From: an uncultured Muribaculaceae bacterium
Lineage (GTDB): Bacteria > Bacillota_I > Bacilli_A > RF39 > UBA660
Length of the DNA: 64,000 bases
Direction: 5' to 3'
Assembly (NCBI GenBank): GCA_964546995.1
Contig: CAZJKO010000002.1
Coordinates: 3,498-67,497, forward strand
The position numbers were made by a program, and so were the translations under genes. The number at the start of each line of letters is the position of its first letter. The stretch's first letter is position 1. The notes under the pieces were generated by a model that saw only the letters and a program-made list of their open reading frames with translations, was not told the origin of the DNA and ran no database searches. Below are positions 38,151 to 47,769 of the stretch, piece by piece.

Positions 38151-38859
38151 TCTTCTTTCGCACCGTTTTCGTTTTAGTACTAGCCTTCACAGACTTACTG
38201 CTTGCCTTAGGACGACCTCTTTTGATAGGAAGAGATTCGACCATTTCTGCTTGCAAGTCCAGTTCTCTCTCATCTAAGTACTCTTGATATAAATATAAAT
38301 AGCGAACAAAACCAATAAAGAAAATAGTCTGCAAAAGCAATAACACAAAAGTATCAAATGGCGGTTTATCGACAAAAGATAAAACCATACCCAAAATATA
38401 TAGAGCACTAATGCCATAGAAATAATAATCGTTAGTCACTTTATCAAAAGGAATTTTCGAAAAACCAAGTTTAAAATACAAATTCGTATCTTTCCCCATA
38501 ACCTTCACAAAGTAAAAGAACACACATGTATTTTGCAAAAAAGAAAAAATCGTCTCTAATTTAAAAAATTGAATCATCGAAAAAACACTACCAAGTGATA
38601 AAATCGCAAACATACCACCCAAAATAACATTCATAATGACAAAGTAACGTTTCCCCACTTTCGTCTTCAACAAAATAAAGTATGCAAGCAAAATAACATA
38701 GACACTACTATAATTAATCAAAGAACGAATCATATACCAAAGACCCAAATGATTTCTGATTGCATAAGTCTGAGACAAAATCAAAATAAGCCCCAAAATA
38801 AAAAGCATAACTGTCGTTAAAATATTGGGATCATCATACCAATCTTTTTCTCTTTCCAT
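38131..38859 (-). CDS. polytopic membrane protein with Lys/Ser-rich C-terminal tail (hypothetical)
   Basis: 242 aa, about 6 TM helices. C-terminus RGRPKASSKSVKASTKTKTVRKKSEVREK. Confidence 0.45.
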   Translation of the reverse strand: MEREKDWYDDPNILTTVMLFILGLILILSQTYAIRNHLGLWYMIRSLINYSSVYVILLAYFILLKTKVGKRYFVIMNVILGGMFAILSLGSVFSMIQFFKLETIFSFLQNTCVFFYFVKVMGKDTNLYFKLGFSKIPFDKVTNDYYFYGISALYILGMVLSFVDKPPFDTFVLLLLQTIFFIGFVRYLYLYQEYLDERELDLQAEMVESLPIKRGRPKASSKSVKASTKTKTVRKKSEVREK

Positions 38860-39185
38860 ACTACACCTCCATAGACTCTATTATGTTAGTAGTATAGCAC
38901 ACAAAAAAGGAAAAGTAAATTATTAAGAATCCCATCTAACTCACATATTTTAGCAAAGAATATAAAAATTTTGAAAATAACGTTTGCTGGATTTCATTAT
39001 TTTGTAAAATATAAATTGTTATTAACTATTTCTATTTTTACACCAAAATTTCAAAAAAAGATTGACATTTTTAATATATAATTTATTCTTTAGCACAACT
39101 AAAACAACAAAACATAAAAGTTGATTCCAAAGAAATCAAAAGTATGATACAATAACCCTAGAAAATGAACGAAGGAAGGGATAGT

Positions 39186-40490
39186 ATGAAATTACCCACA
39201 GTAGCCTTAGTTGGACGACCAAACGTTGGAAAAAGCACCATCTTCAATAAAATAATAGGAAAAAAAATAGCGATCATTGAAGATACTCCAGGAGTAACAA
39301 GAGATAGACTCTACGGCAAAGCAACGTACAATGGCAAACAATTTAACATCATCGATACGGGAGGAATCGATGTTGGCAAAGAAGCATTTAACGATGAAAT
39401 AAAAATTCAAGCAAGTATTGCCATCGATGAAGCCGATGTCATCGTCTTTATCGTCGATGGAAAAGAAAGTGTAACCCAAAACGACTTAGCCGTCCGTGAT
39501 ATTCTAAGAAAAAGCAACAAAAAAGTAATTGTTGCCATCAATAAAATCGATAATAAAACATCACAAAACAACCTCTACGATTTCTACGAGTTAGGCTTCG
39601 ATACTTATATCCCTTTTAGTGGAATTCACAACATTGGCTATGTCGAACTAATGAATGAAATCACCAAAGATTTCAAAGAAATAGAAGAAGAAAAAGATCA
39701 TAGATTAAAATTCTCTGTCATAGGTAGACCCAATGTCGGTAAAAGCAGCTTGATCAATGCCCTTCTAAATGAAGACCGCTCAATCGTAAGCAATGTAGCA
39801 GGAACAACCCGTGATTCGATCGACACCACATTCACCTACAACAAAGAAGAATTCGTAGTCATCGATACAGCTGGTATGAGAAAAAAAGGAAAAATTTACG
39901 AAGCAATTGAAAAGTACAGTCTCTTAAGATCTCTAAAATCAATAGAACGAAGCGATATCTGTCTTTTAGTCATCAGTGCAGAAGAAGGCATCATGGAACA
40001 CGATAAACATATAGCAGGATACGCCCTCGACCAAGGGAAAGGATTGATTATCGTAGTCAACAAATGGGATACCATAAAAGACATGACCACCAAAGAATAC
40101 GAAAAAATAGTAAGAAGCGAATTTCAATTTGCTACCTTTGCTCCCATTGTCTTCTTATCCGCTTTAACCAAAAAAAGACTCCATACCCTAATGCCAGAAA
40201 TCATCAAAGTCAAAGAAAACATCAATAGAGAGATTAAAACGAGCATCCTAAACGAAGTTATCATAGATGCGTATCAATTGAATCTCCCTCCTACTTACAA
40301 AGGCAATCGCCTAAAAATCTACTTTGCCAATCAATCGGGTACCAAACCACCAAAATTTACATTTCATGTAAACAACAAAGGATTAGTCCACTTTTCCTAC
40401 GAACGATATTTAGAAAACAAACTAAGAGAAAACTTTGATTTCGAAGGAACACCCATCGTATTACAATTTAAAAATAGAGGTGAAGAATAA
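39186..40490 (+). CDS. der: ribosome-associated GTPase Der (EngA), tandem GTPase domains + KH-like domain
   Basis: Two G-domains (GRPNVGKST.., DTGG; GRPNVGKSS.., DTAG, NKWD). ATG at 39186 with RBS GGAAGGGA. Confidence 0.9.
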   Translation: MKLPTVALVGRPNVGKSTIFNKIIGKKIAIIEDTPGVTRDRLYGKATYNGKQFNIIDTGGIDVGKEAFNDEIKIQASIAIDEADVIVFIVDGKESVTQNDLAVRDILRKSNKKVIVAINKIDNKTSQNNLYDFYELGFDTYIPFSGIHNIGYVELMNEITKDFKEIEEEKDHRLKFSVIGRPNVGKSSLINALLNEDRSIVSNVAGTTRDSIDTTFTYNKEEFVVIDTAGMRKKGKIYEAIEKYSLLRSLKSIERSDICLLVISAEEGIMEHDKHIAGYALDQGKGLIIVVNKWDTIKDMTTKEYEKIVRSEFQFATFAPIVFLSALTKKRLHTLMPEIIKVKENINREIKTSILNEVIIDAYQLNLPPTYKGNRLKIYFANQSGTKPPKFTFHVNNKGLVHFSYERYLENKLRENFDFEGTPIVLQFKNRGEE

Positions 40491-40672
40491 TGTTTTTTAA
40501 ACCAAAACAAGATCCAGAAGCATTACTAGAAGGATTAGATCAAGCTCAAAAATTGTTAGATGAACGCTACGAAAAAAAGCAAATTACCCTAGAAACATAC
40601 AAAAAACAAGCATTGGAATTTGGAAAAAAACGAGAAAAGTACCAAAAAATGAAAGACAAACAAAACAAGTAA
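40490..40672 (+). CDS. small charged helical protein (60 aa), hypothetical
   Basis: ATG overlaps the der stop (TAATG). Lys/Glu-rich, no known motif. Coding status uncertain. Confidence 0.3.
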   Translation: MFFKPKQDPEALLEGLDQAQKLLDERYEKKQITLETYKKQALEFGKKREKYQKMKDKQNK

Positions 40673-40715
40673 CCACAATAAGTCCTCCACATATACTAAG
40701 GTAGGAGGAAAAATT

Positions 40716-40955
40716 ATGTTTCAAGATGCTTTCTTTAAACGAGTAGAAAACAAGACAAACGTCAATAAAGACACCATTTTATCACTTGCTTCGAAACTAC
40801 AAAGTTCGAATATGAAAGATGAAAAAGTACTAAGAGATTTAGTAAAAGAAATTAGTACGATAACCGGAAAAGAGGTCACAGAAGAAAAAACAGATAAAAT
40901 TGTAAATGCCATCATGAAAGACAACGTACCTCAAGACATCGATAAAATGTTTTAA
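40716..40955 (+). CDS. SpoVIF-like (stage VI sporulation protein F family) small protein
   Basis: 79 aa, MFQDAFFKRVENKTNVNKDTILSLASKLQSSNMKDEKVLRDLVKEIS...GKEVTEEKTDKIVNAI...VPQDIDKMF. Pattern F.K.iEkKTgV......LA.......kDE..vR.li......g..V..Ek.DkIV matches the Bacillus SpoVIF family. RBS GGAGGAAAAATT. Terminator at 40960..40986 (TCTCGG-ctcc-CGAGA + T-run). Confidence 0.5.
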   Translation: MFQDAFFKRVENKTNVNKDTILSLASKLQSSNMKDEKVLRDLVKEISTITGKEVTEEKTDKIVNAIMKDNVPQDIDKMF

Positions 40956-41063
40956 AATTCTCGGCTCCCGAGAATTTTTTTATGCAAGAAACCACGATTT
41001 TTCATCATAACAAGAAATAGCATCACATAAAGTTAAATGAAATCAAAAGAAAAGGTGAAGAAT

Positions 41064-42539
41064 ATGGAAAAATATGATATTATCAAAAACATCGCAGAAC
41101 GAACAGGAGGAGATATCTACTTAGGCGTCGTCGGTGCTGTTCGCACTGGAAAAAGTACCTTCATAAAAAAAGTGATCGAAACATTAGTCGTTCCAAACAT
41201 CGAAGATGAATACGAACGAAAAAGAGCCCTCGATGAAATTCCTCAAAGTGCCGCAGGAAAAACGATTATGACAACGGAACCAAAATTTGTACCTAACCAA
41301 GCAGCCAAAATCAATATCGACGACTTCTCATGTAACATTAGATTGATCGATTGTGTCGGTTACATGATTGATAATGCCAAAGGAGCAGAAGACGAAAATG
41401 GTCCCCGTATGGTCAAAACACCATGGTATGATGATGAAATACCATTCGTCGAAGCTGCCGAACTAGGAACCGAAAAAGTCATCAAAGATCATTCAACGAT
41501 CGGTATTGTCGTAACGACAGATGGATCAATCGGGGAATTTAATAGAAAAGACTACATCGATTCAGAACAACGAGTCATCGAAGAATTAAAAGAAATAGGA
41601 AAACCATTTATCGTCTTGTTAAACTCAACGCATCCTACCTTACCAGAAACAGAACGCTTAGCAGAATCACTAAAAGAAGAACACAACATCCCAGTCATCC
41701 CGATCAGCATTGAAGCCATGAACGAAAAAGATATGTATAATATCTTAAGAGAAGCTCTCTACGAATTCCCTGTACTAGAAGTAAAAGTGAACATGCCAGA
41801 ATGGATTGCCATTCTAAACCCAACCCATAAAGTAAAAAAAGTCTATATCGATGCCATTAAAGAAAGTGTAACGGAAGTAGATAAATTGAGAGATATCGAA
41901 AATATTACCAAACATTTCTTAAATAACGAATGCATTGAAAAAGCTTATTTATCGGAAGTAAATCCTGCAACAGGAGAAGTCATCGTAACCTTAACAGCAC
42001 CAGCAGATCTATATAACCAAGTCTTAACAGACATCATTAAAATCGATGTCAAAAACAAAGCAGAATTACTATCCCTATTCCAAGAATATAACGAAGCAAA
42101 ACGAGAGTACGATCAAGTAAAATATGCCTTAAAAATGGTCAAACAAACAGGATATGGTGTTGCAACGCCTACCCTATCAGATATGAAATTAGATACACCA
42201 GAAATCACGAAACAAGGCACAAGATATGGAGTAAAACTAAAAGCTGTAGCACCTAGCATCCACATGATTCGAGTCGACGTCCAAAGTACTTTCGAACCGA
42301 TCATTGGAAGCGAATTACAAAGTAAAGAACTAATCAATTATTTAATGAAAGATTATGAAACAGAACCAGACAACATTTGGAAAAGCGAAATTTTTGGTCG
42401 CAGTCTAGATGTCATTGTCCAAGAAGGAATTCAATCGAAAATCAACATGATGCCAGACAACATAAGATATAAATTACAACAAACCCTAACTAAAGTAGTG
42501 AACAAAGGATCAAACAACATGATAGCCATCGTTCTATAA
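41064..42539 (+). CDS. spoIVA: stage IV sporulation protein A (spore coat morphogenetic ATPase)
   Basis: MEKYDIIKNIAERTGGDIYLGVVGAVRTGKSTFIKK... nearly identical to the B. subtilis SpoIVA N-terminus, with Walker A. 492 aa from the ATG at 41064 (RBS AAAGGTGAAG). Terminator GATAGA-gaaa-TCTATC + T7 at 42540..42563. Confidence 0.9.
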   Translation: MEKYDIIKNIAERTGGDIYLGVVGAVRTGKSTFIKKVIETLVVPNIEDEYERKRALDEIPQSAAGKTIMTTEPKFVPNQAAKINIDDFSCNIRLIDCVGYMIDNAKGAEDENGPRMVKTPWYDDEIPFVEAAELGTEKVIKDHSTIGIVVTTDGSIGEFNRKDYIDSEQRVIEELKEIGKPFIVLLNSTHPTLPETERLAESLKEEHNIPVIPISIEAMNEKDMYNILREALYEFPVLEVKVNMPEWIAILNPTHKVKKVYIDAIKESVTEVDKLRDIENITKHFLNNECIEKAYLSEVNPATGEVIVTLTAPADLYNQVLTDIIKIDVKNKAELLSLFQEYNEAKREYDQVKYALKMVKQTGYGVATPTLSDMKLDTPEITKQGTRYGVKLKAVAPSIHMIRVDVQSTFEPIIGSELQSKELINYLMKDYETEPDNIWKSEIFGRSLDVIVQEGIQSKINMMPDNIRYKLQQTLTKVVNKGSNNMIAIVL

Positions 42540-42550
42540 GATAGAGAAAT

Positions 42551-43030
42551 CTATCTTTTTTTATGGATAATGTTCCCCTCTTTCAAAATAGAATCAACTC
42601 GCTCCCCATAAACGACATTTCCCATCTCAAGTAAAGAAGGAGAAAAAGAAATGGAATTCAAATCGACATAGTATTTCCCTTGATAAAACCAAACCACATC
42701 ACATTCTGGAAGAAGAAAAAAATCATCGACACCAAAATAAAAAGGTTTAGTAAGATAAATCGTAATCTTTAAATCTATCGATGAAAAATCGAAATCAAAG
42801 TCATCTTTTTCCAGCTCAATAAAAGTACCAACAAGTGGATGAACATAGACAGTCATCTGATAAAAACCATGAATTTTAATATGGTAGATATCATCCAAAT
42901 AAGAAATCAACTTTTTTACATTTCTAGAAATACTATCCCGATCATCCCAATCGATATCTCTAAAATAACAAGCATTGACAAACAATACCAAAGAATCATG
43001 GGAAAGAGAATCAAGCCTCATCCATATCAC
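42551..43030 (-). CDS. hypothetical protein (159 aa), no recognised domain
   Basis: Continuous ORF, AT-rich, downstream of the COG1373 ATPase gene on the same strand. Confidence 0.4.
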   Translation of the reverse strand: MIWMRLDSLSHDSLVLFVNACYFRDIDWDDRDSISRNVKKLISYLDDIYHIKIHGFYQMTVYVHPLVGTFIELEKDDFDFDFSSIDLKITIYLTKPFYFGVDDFFLLPECDVVWFYQGKYYVDLNSISFSPSLLEMGNVVYGERVDSILKEGNIIHKKR

Positions 43031-43080
43031 CTAATGTATGATATGAAAAAAAACAAAAAAGGAACCACTCACGATTCCTA

Positions 43081-44289
43081 TTACTCGTTATTTAATAACC
43101 AATCCACTACATTAACTTTTGTTATTCCATCATAATCAGTTTCCATGTCCATATCGAAAGTAATTAAATATTTAGGATAATGATCTCCTGTTTTTTGTAG
43201 AGATCTTAATTCTCTTTCTAACACCTCATTATCTCTAACTGTTAATGCCACTTGATAATACTTATAACCATCTCGATTTTCTGCAACAAAATCTATTTCT
43301 AAATCATCAACTTTACCCACATATACTTTATATCCTCTTCTTAGAAGTTCTAAATATACGATATTTTCTAATACATGCCCCATATCACTATCTGCTCTTT
43401 TACCTAGTAAATAACTTCTTAATCCAGGATCAACGACATAGTATTTATAATCTCTTGCCAATAAGTTTTTACCTTTAACATCAAATCGTTCTGCTTTGTA
43501 TATTAAGAAGCTTTCTACAAAAGCAGAGATATAGTTTTCCACAGTATGATTACTAGTAGACATACCCTTACTAGTCAATGTATCACTGATTTTTTTAGTA
43601 GATACAGGACTTCCTATACTATCAAATATAAATTTTAATACACTTTCTAATAACATTTTATCAGATATATTGTTTCTTGTTATAATATCTTTATATACGA
43701 TAGTACTAAATATTCCTTCTAAATATATATCTAAATCATTTGGATTATCTTGAAGAATAGATAGATTCCCTGGCATACCTCCATATCGCATATAATCTAA
43801 AAAAAACTCATATTTACTTTTGCTTTGATTATTGTGAAACGCACGAAAATACTCTTTAAAGGATAAAGGTAACATTTTTATCTCTATATATCTTCCTGAC
43901 AATAGTGTTGCTAATTCTCCAGATAACAAATAAGCATTTGAACCTGTTATATATACATCAACATTTTTTTTGATGTATAAACTATCCACTGCTTTTTGAA
44001 ACATAGGAACATTTTGAACTTCATCTAAGAAGATATAATATTGTTTTTTAGAATCAAGTTGTTTATTTACATAATCGTATAATTCCTTATAACTTTCAAA
44101 ATGATAATCAACATCTTCAAGATTTATCTTTATTATTTGGTCTTCGCCTATTCCGTTTTCTTTTAAATAATGAATAAATAATTCGAATAATGTAGATTTA
44201 CCACATCTCCTTATTCCTGTAACAACCTTGATTAAATCCTTATCTTTGAATCTTTTTAATATGTCGAGATATTCTTTTCTCTCTACCAC
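43081..44289 (-). CDS. AAA+ superfamily ATPase of the COG1373 family (AAA_14 N-domain + C-terminal DUF4143 restriction-endonuclease-like domain)
   Basis: GTG start at 44289 with RBS GAGGTGA: VVERKEYLDILKRFKDKDLIKVVTGIRRCGKSTL (Walker A), Walker B YIFLDEVQ. C-terminal ...YLITFDMD... matches the DUF4143 pattern. Visibly lower GC than its neighbours. Confidence 0.7.
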   Translation of the reverse strand: MVERKEYLDILKRFKDKDLIKVVTGIRRCGKSTLFELFIHYLKENGIGEDQIIKINLEDVDYHFESYKELYDYVNKQLDSKKQYYIFLDEVQNVPMFQKAVDSLYIKKNVDVYITGSNAYLLSGELATLLSGRYIEIKMLPLSFKEYFRAFHNNQSKSKYEFFLDYMRYGGMPGNLSILQDNPNDLDIYLEGIFSTIVYKDIITRNNISDKMLLESVLKFIFDSIGSPVSTKKISDTLTSKGMSTSNHTVENYISAFVESFLIYKAERFDVKGKNLLARDYKYYVVDPGLRSYLLGKRADSDMGHVLENIVYLELLRRGYKVYVGKVDDLEIDFVAENRDGYKYYQVALTVRDNEVLERELRSLQKTGDHYPKYLITFDMDMETDYDGITKVNVVDWLLNNE

Positions 44290-44337
44290 AGTTTTCACCT
44301 CAAATACAAGTATATAGGAATGATAAAGCAAAGTCAA

Positions 44338-44363
44338 GTTTTGGAAGATTTTTTCCAAAACTA
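44338..44363. promoter_or_regulatory. operator-like inverted repeat AGTTTTGGAA-gatttt-TTCCAAAACT overlapping the -35 of a TTGACT-N17-TATACT promoter (minus strand) for the COG1373 ATPase gene
   Basis: The half-site motif CAAGTTTTGGAA recurs as a direct copy at about 44373..44384. Promoter elements read on the minus strand upstream of the GTG at 44289. Confidence 0.4.
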
Positions 44364-44478
44364 ACACAATTCGACAAGTTTTGGAAATAGCACTTTATAG
44401 CTCACATTTCTTAATCAAAAGCATAATAAAAGAGTGATTTTACCACTCTCTATAAATCAATTCATATGTCAAACGTAT

Positions 44479-45072
44479 TTATATCGTCTCTACAATCAAA
44501 TCTTCTATTTTTTGTAAGATTTCGTCTCTTCCCAATTTCGTCATACTAGAGAAAAGAACTAAATCATCTCCCATAACCAAATCGAGCATTTCTTTAGCAA
44601 CTTTCAAGGTCCTATCTCTTTTACTACTAGATACTTTATCTGCTTTCGTTAAAACAACAGTAACAGGAATATTATAATACTTTAGATAATGATACATCAA
44701 AAGATCATCTTCCATCGGTTTATGACGAAAATCGATAAGTAAAAATACTCGTTTTAATTCTTGTCTTTTGGCAAGATACTCTTCGATCATAAGCCCAAAT
44801 TTTTGCTGTTGCTTTTGATCGACTGCCGCATATCCATATCCTGGTACATCCACTAAATAAAAGTCATCATTGACAAGATAAAAATTAAGCGTCTGCGTTT
44901 TCCCTGGTCGTGAAGAAATGCGAGCGAGATTCTTTCGACCAACGAGCGTATTAATAAAACTACTCTTTCCTACATTACTACGTCCTACCAAAAGAAATTC
45001 CGGTAAATCTTCATCAGGATACTGACTTCTTCTAACAGCTGTAATCGGTTGAGCCACACGAACTACTTTCAT
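44479..45072 (-). CDS. engB: ribosome biogenesis GTPase YihA/EngB (YsxC)
   Basis: 197 aa. G1 GRSNVGKSS, DVPGYGYA, TKADK. Terminator GAGAGTGG-taaaat-CACTCT + T-run at about 44421..44449. Confidence 0.85.
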   Translation of the reverse strand: MKVVRVAQPITAVRRSQYPDEDLPEFLLVGRSNVGKSSFINTLVGRKNLARISSRPGKTQTLNFYLVNDDFYLVDVPGYGYAAVDQKQQQKFGLMIEEYLAKRQELKRVFLLIDFRHKPMEDDLLMYHYLKYYNIPVTVVLTKADKVSSSKRDRTLKVAKEMLDLVMGDDLVLFSSMTKLGRDEILQKIEDLIVETI

Positions 45073-45086
45073 CTTTTCACCTTCTT

Positions 45087-46034
45087 CTATAAATTGTTTT
45101 TAATATACTTTTTACAAACTTCATCGAGATCATCAATCAGTAACATCGCTTCTTCAAAAGTACTAACTCTAGCACCTGATGCAAATTTATGTCCACCACC
45201 ACTATACTTTTCAGCAATAAAGTTGATCTCTGGACCTCTAGAACGAATCGCAAGTCTAATAATATTATTCTTAACATCTTCCGTAATTGTCACCCAAACC
45301 AAAACTTCTTCGATGTAATTAAAATGATTAATCATATTGCCAGGTGACGCTGAATCAACTTGAAATTGATTAATAATATCATTCGTAATTTTAATGTACG
45401 CAACACCATTTTCAGTAAGAATCATATTCTCACCAATATATCCTTGAAGCCGAACTTCACTAAACGGTCTCATATAGAGATTTTGATAAGCTGAAGGAAG
45501 TGAAATCGGATAAATAGAAAGCATCTTAGATAGAATTTCAAATGTTTTATTTGTTGTCCCAAACAAGAAACGATTCGTATCCGAAACCATCCCCATATAT
45601 AAATTGCGAACAATTTCTTCGTTCAACTTAAATTTCGTATTAAGAAATAACTCCATAATAATTTGACAAACACTTCCAGAAGTATCATCGATATATTCTA
45701 AATCGCAAAACGTTTCAACATAAGGATGGTGATCAATCTTGATCGAATAATCGAACATATCAAAATGAACCGAATCTACACGTTTTTTATCTGGTGTATC
45801 CAAAACGATAAGTAAAGCATCAGAAAGATCTTCTTCTACTTTATCGAGTTTACCCATATACCGAAATTTAGCACTTCCATTTCCTACCGCATAGACTTTC
45901 TTAGAAGGGAAAGTAAGCGAAATAGCATCGCGTAAGGCAATTTGACTAGCCATCGCATCAGGATCTACCCCAATGTGTCTACTAATCACAATCGTATCGT
46001 ATTTTTTAATCGCTTTATATATTTTTTTAAACAT
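45087..46034 (-). CDS. nrnA: DHH/DHHA1 phosphoesterase (NrnA-like bifunctional oligoribonuclease/pAp phosphatase)
   Basis: DHH motifs (ISRHIGVDPDAMAS, ...DHHP...) and DHHA1 motif GGGH. Start placed at MFKKIYKAIKKYDTIV (ATG 46034). Confidence 0.75.
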   Translation of the reverse strand: MFKKIYKAIKKYDTIVISRHIGVDPDAMASQIALRDAISLTFPSKKVYAVGNGSAKFRYMGKLDKVEEDLSDALLIVLDTPDKKRVDSVHFDMFDYSIKIDHHPYVETFCDLEYIDDTSGSVCQIIMELFLNTKFKLNEEIVRNLYMGMVSDTNRFLFGTTNKTFEILSKMLSIYPISLPSAYQNLYMRPFSEVRLQGYIGENMILTENGVAYIKITNDIINQFQVDSASPGNMINHFNYIEEVLVWVTITEDVKNNIIRLAIRSRGPEINFIAEKYSGGGHKFASGARVSTFEEAMLLIDDLDEVCKKYIKNNL

Positions 46035-46044
46035 ACACGTTATC

Positions 46045-47226
46045 CTAACTATTTTTAATAAGATCCAAAGTATCTCTTGCAATCATCAATTCTTCATCTG
46101 TTGCTAGAACATAACAATCGACCAAAGAATCCTCTGTACTGATCTTTGTCAATTCAGAACCCACTTTGACCGTAGCATCTAACTTAATGCCAAGACAAGC
46201 AAGTTTTTCCATAACTCGCATTCGAATAGGAACACTATTTTCTCCAATTCCCGCTGTAAAGCAAATCACATCAGCGCCACCTAACAACACGTAGTACTGA
46301 GCAATGTAAGAAACGACAGTCTTCACATATTTTTCTAGAGCAATTTCACACTTTTCATCGCCTTCTTGTGCACCAAGAATAATATCTCTTGCATCACTAC
46401 TGCGACAAGAAAGTCCTAAGAAACCGGATTTCTTATTTAAGTCATCGATGACTTCACTTGCATTCTTTCCTTCTTTTTCCATCACATAAGGAATAATAGA
46501 AGGATCGATATCACCAGAACGTGTTCCCATCATAATTCCAGCCAAAGGGGTAAATCCCATCGAAGTATCCACACACTTTCCATCCTTAATTGCCGTAATA
46601 CTACCGCCATTACCCAAGTGACAACTGATAATTTTTAAATCGTTTTTCCCTAGCTTATCTTGAAGCGTAAGTGAAACATATCGGTGACTCGTTCCATGTG
46701 CTCCATACTTTCTCACTTTATAATCTTGATACCAGGAATAAGGAACTGGATAAAGATAAGAAACAGGATCCATCGTCTGATGAAAAGCCGTATCGAACAC
46801 AACGACCATCGGAACAGAAGGAAGAACCTCCTTAAATGCTTTAATTCCTTGCACATGGGCAGGATTATGTAGAGGTGCAAAATCCTTTAAAAGAAGTAAA
46901 TCTTCAATAACTTTATCCGTAACCAAAACAGACTTCTGATAAAGATCCCCCCCATGAACGACACGATGTCCTACTCCTTCAATTTCAGAAAGAGAAGAAA
47001 TCACGGAAAGATCGATTAATTTATCCAAAAGAATCTTTACGGCCTCTTCATGGTTTTCAAGTGGAATTTCTTGTTCAACTTTTTGTCCTTGATATTTAAT
47101 CACATAATTACTACCAGCAATACCAATTCGTTCAAACAAACCACTAGCTAAAACCTCTTCCGTATCCATCTCTAAAAGACGAAATTTTAAAGAACTACTT
47201 CCTGCATTAATAGACATTATTTTCAT
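46045..47226 (-). CDS. ackA: acetate kinase
   Basis: 393 aa. MKIMSINAGSSSLKF... N-terminal acetate/propionate kinase signature and VHLGNGGS-like motif. Confidence 0.9.
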   Translation of the reverse strand: MKIMSINAGSSSLKFRLLEMDTEEVLASGLFERIGIAGSNYVIKYQGQKVEQEIPLENHEEAVKILLDKLIDLSVISSLSEIEGVGHRVVHGGDLYQKSVLVTDKVIEDLLLLKDFAPLHNPAHVQGIKAFKEVLPSVPMVVVFDTAFHQTMDPVSYLYPVPYSWYQDYKVRKYGAHGTSHRYVSLTLQDKLGKNDLKIISCHLGNGGSITAIKDGKCVDTSMGFTPLAGIMMGTRSGDIDPSIIPYVMEKEGKNASEVIDDLNKKSGFLGLSCRSSDARDIILGAQEGDEKCEIALEKYVKTVVSYIAQYYVLLGGADVICFTAGIGENSVPIRMRVMEKLACLGIKLDATVKVGSELTKISTEDSLVDCYVLATDEELMIARDTLDLIKNS

Positions 47227-47306
47227 TATTATTACCTCTTTCTATTACTATTATTATACTATGTATCAAAAGAAAAGCAAAGAAAAAGATTGCTAGCAAA
47301 CGCTTT

Positions 47307-47714
47307 CTACTTTCCAAAAAAACGTGCAATCTCTTCTTCTGCTTTTTCAACGGAATCAGATCCATGAATCAAATTAGCAGACAAATCATTCGCATTAGAA
47401 TAATCTCCTCGGATCGTTCCTGCCAAAGCATCCCACCATTTTGTAGGTCCCATCAAATTGCGCATTCCGAGAACGACTCCCTCACCCTCGACGATCATTC
47501 CAACGACAGGACCAGACATCATAAAAGCTTCTAATTCCGGATAAAAAGGTTTATCAATAAGATGACGATAATGCTCTTTTAACACATCAGCAGTCAAATG
47601 CATCATCTTCATGTCACTAATATTGTACCCTTTTCTCTCAATTCTAGAAATAATCTCTCCCATCAACTCTCTTTTATGAGCATCGGGCTTCAACATAATA
47701 TAAGTTCTTTCCAT
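47307..47714 (-). CDS. ndk: nucleoside diphosphate kinase
   Basis: 135 aa. ERTYIMLKPDA..., active-site His in NLIHGSDS. Confidence 0.9.
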   Translation of the reverse strand: MERTYIMLKPDAHKRELMGEIISRIERKGYNISDMKMMHLTADVLKEHYRHLIDKPFYPELEAFMMSGPVVGMIVEGEGVVLGMRNLMGPTKWWDALAGTIRGDYSNANDLSANLIHGSDSVEKAEEEIARFFGK

Positions 47715-47769
47715 AACGTATCTCCTTTAATCCATTATACTAAAACGAACACCATTTGACAAAAGAATT

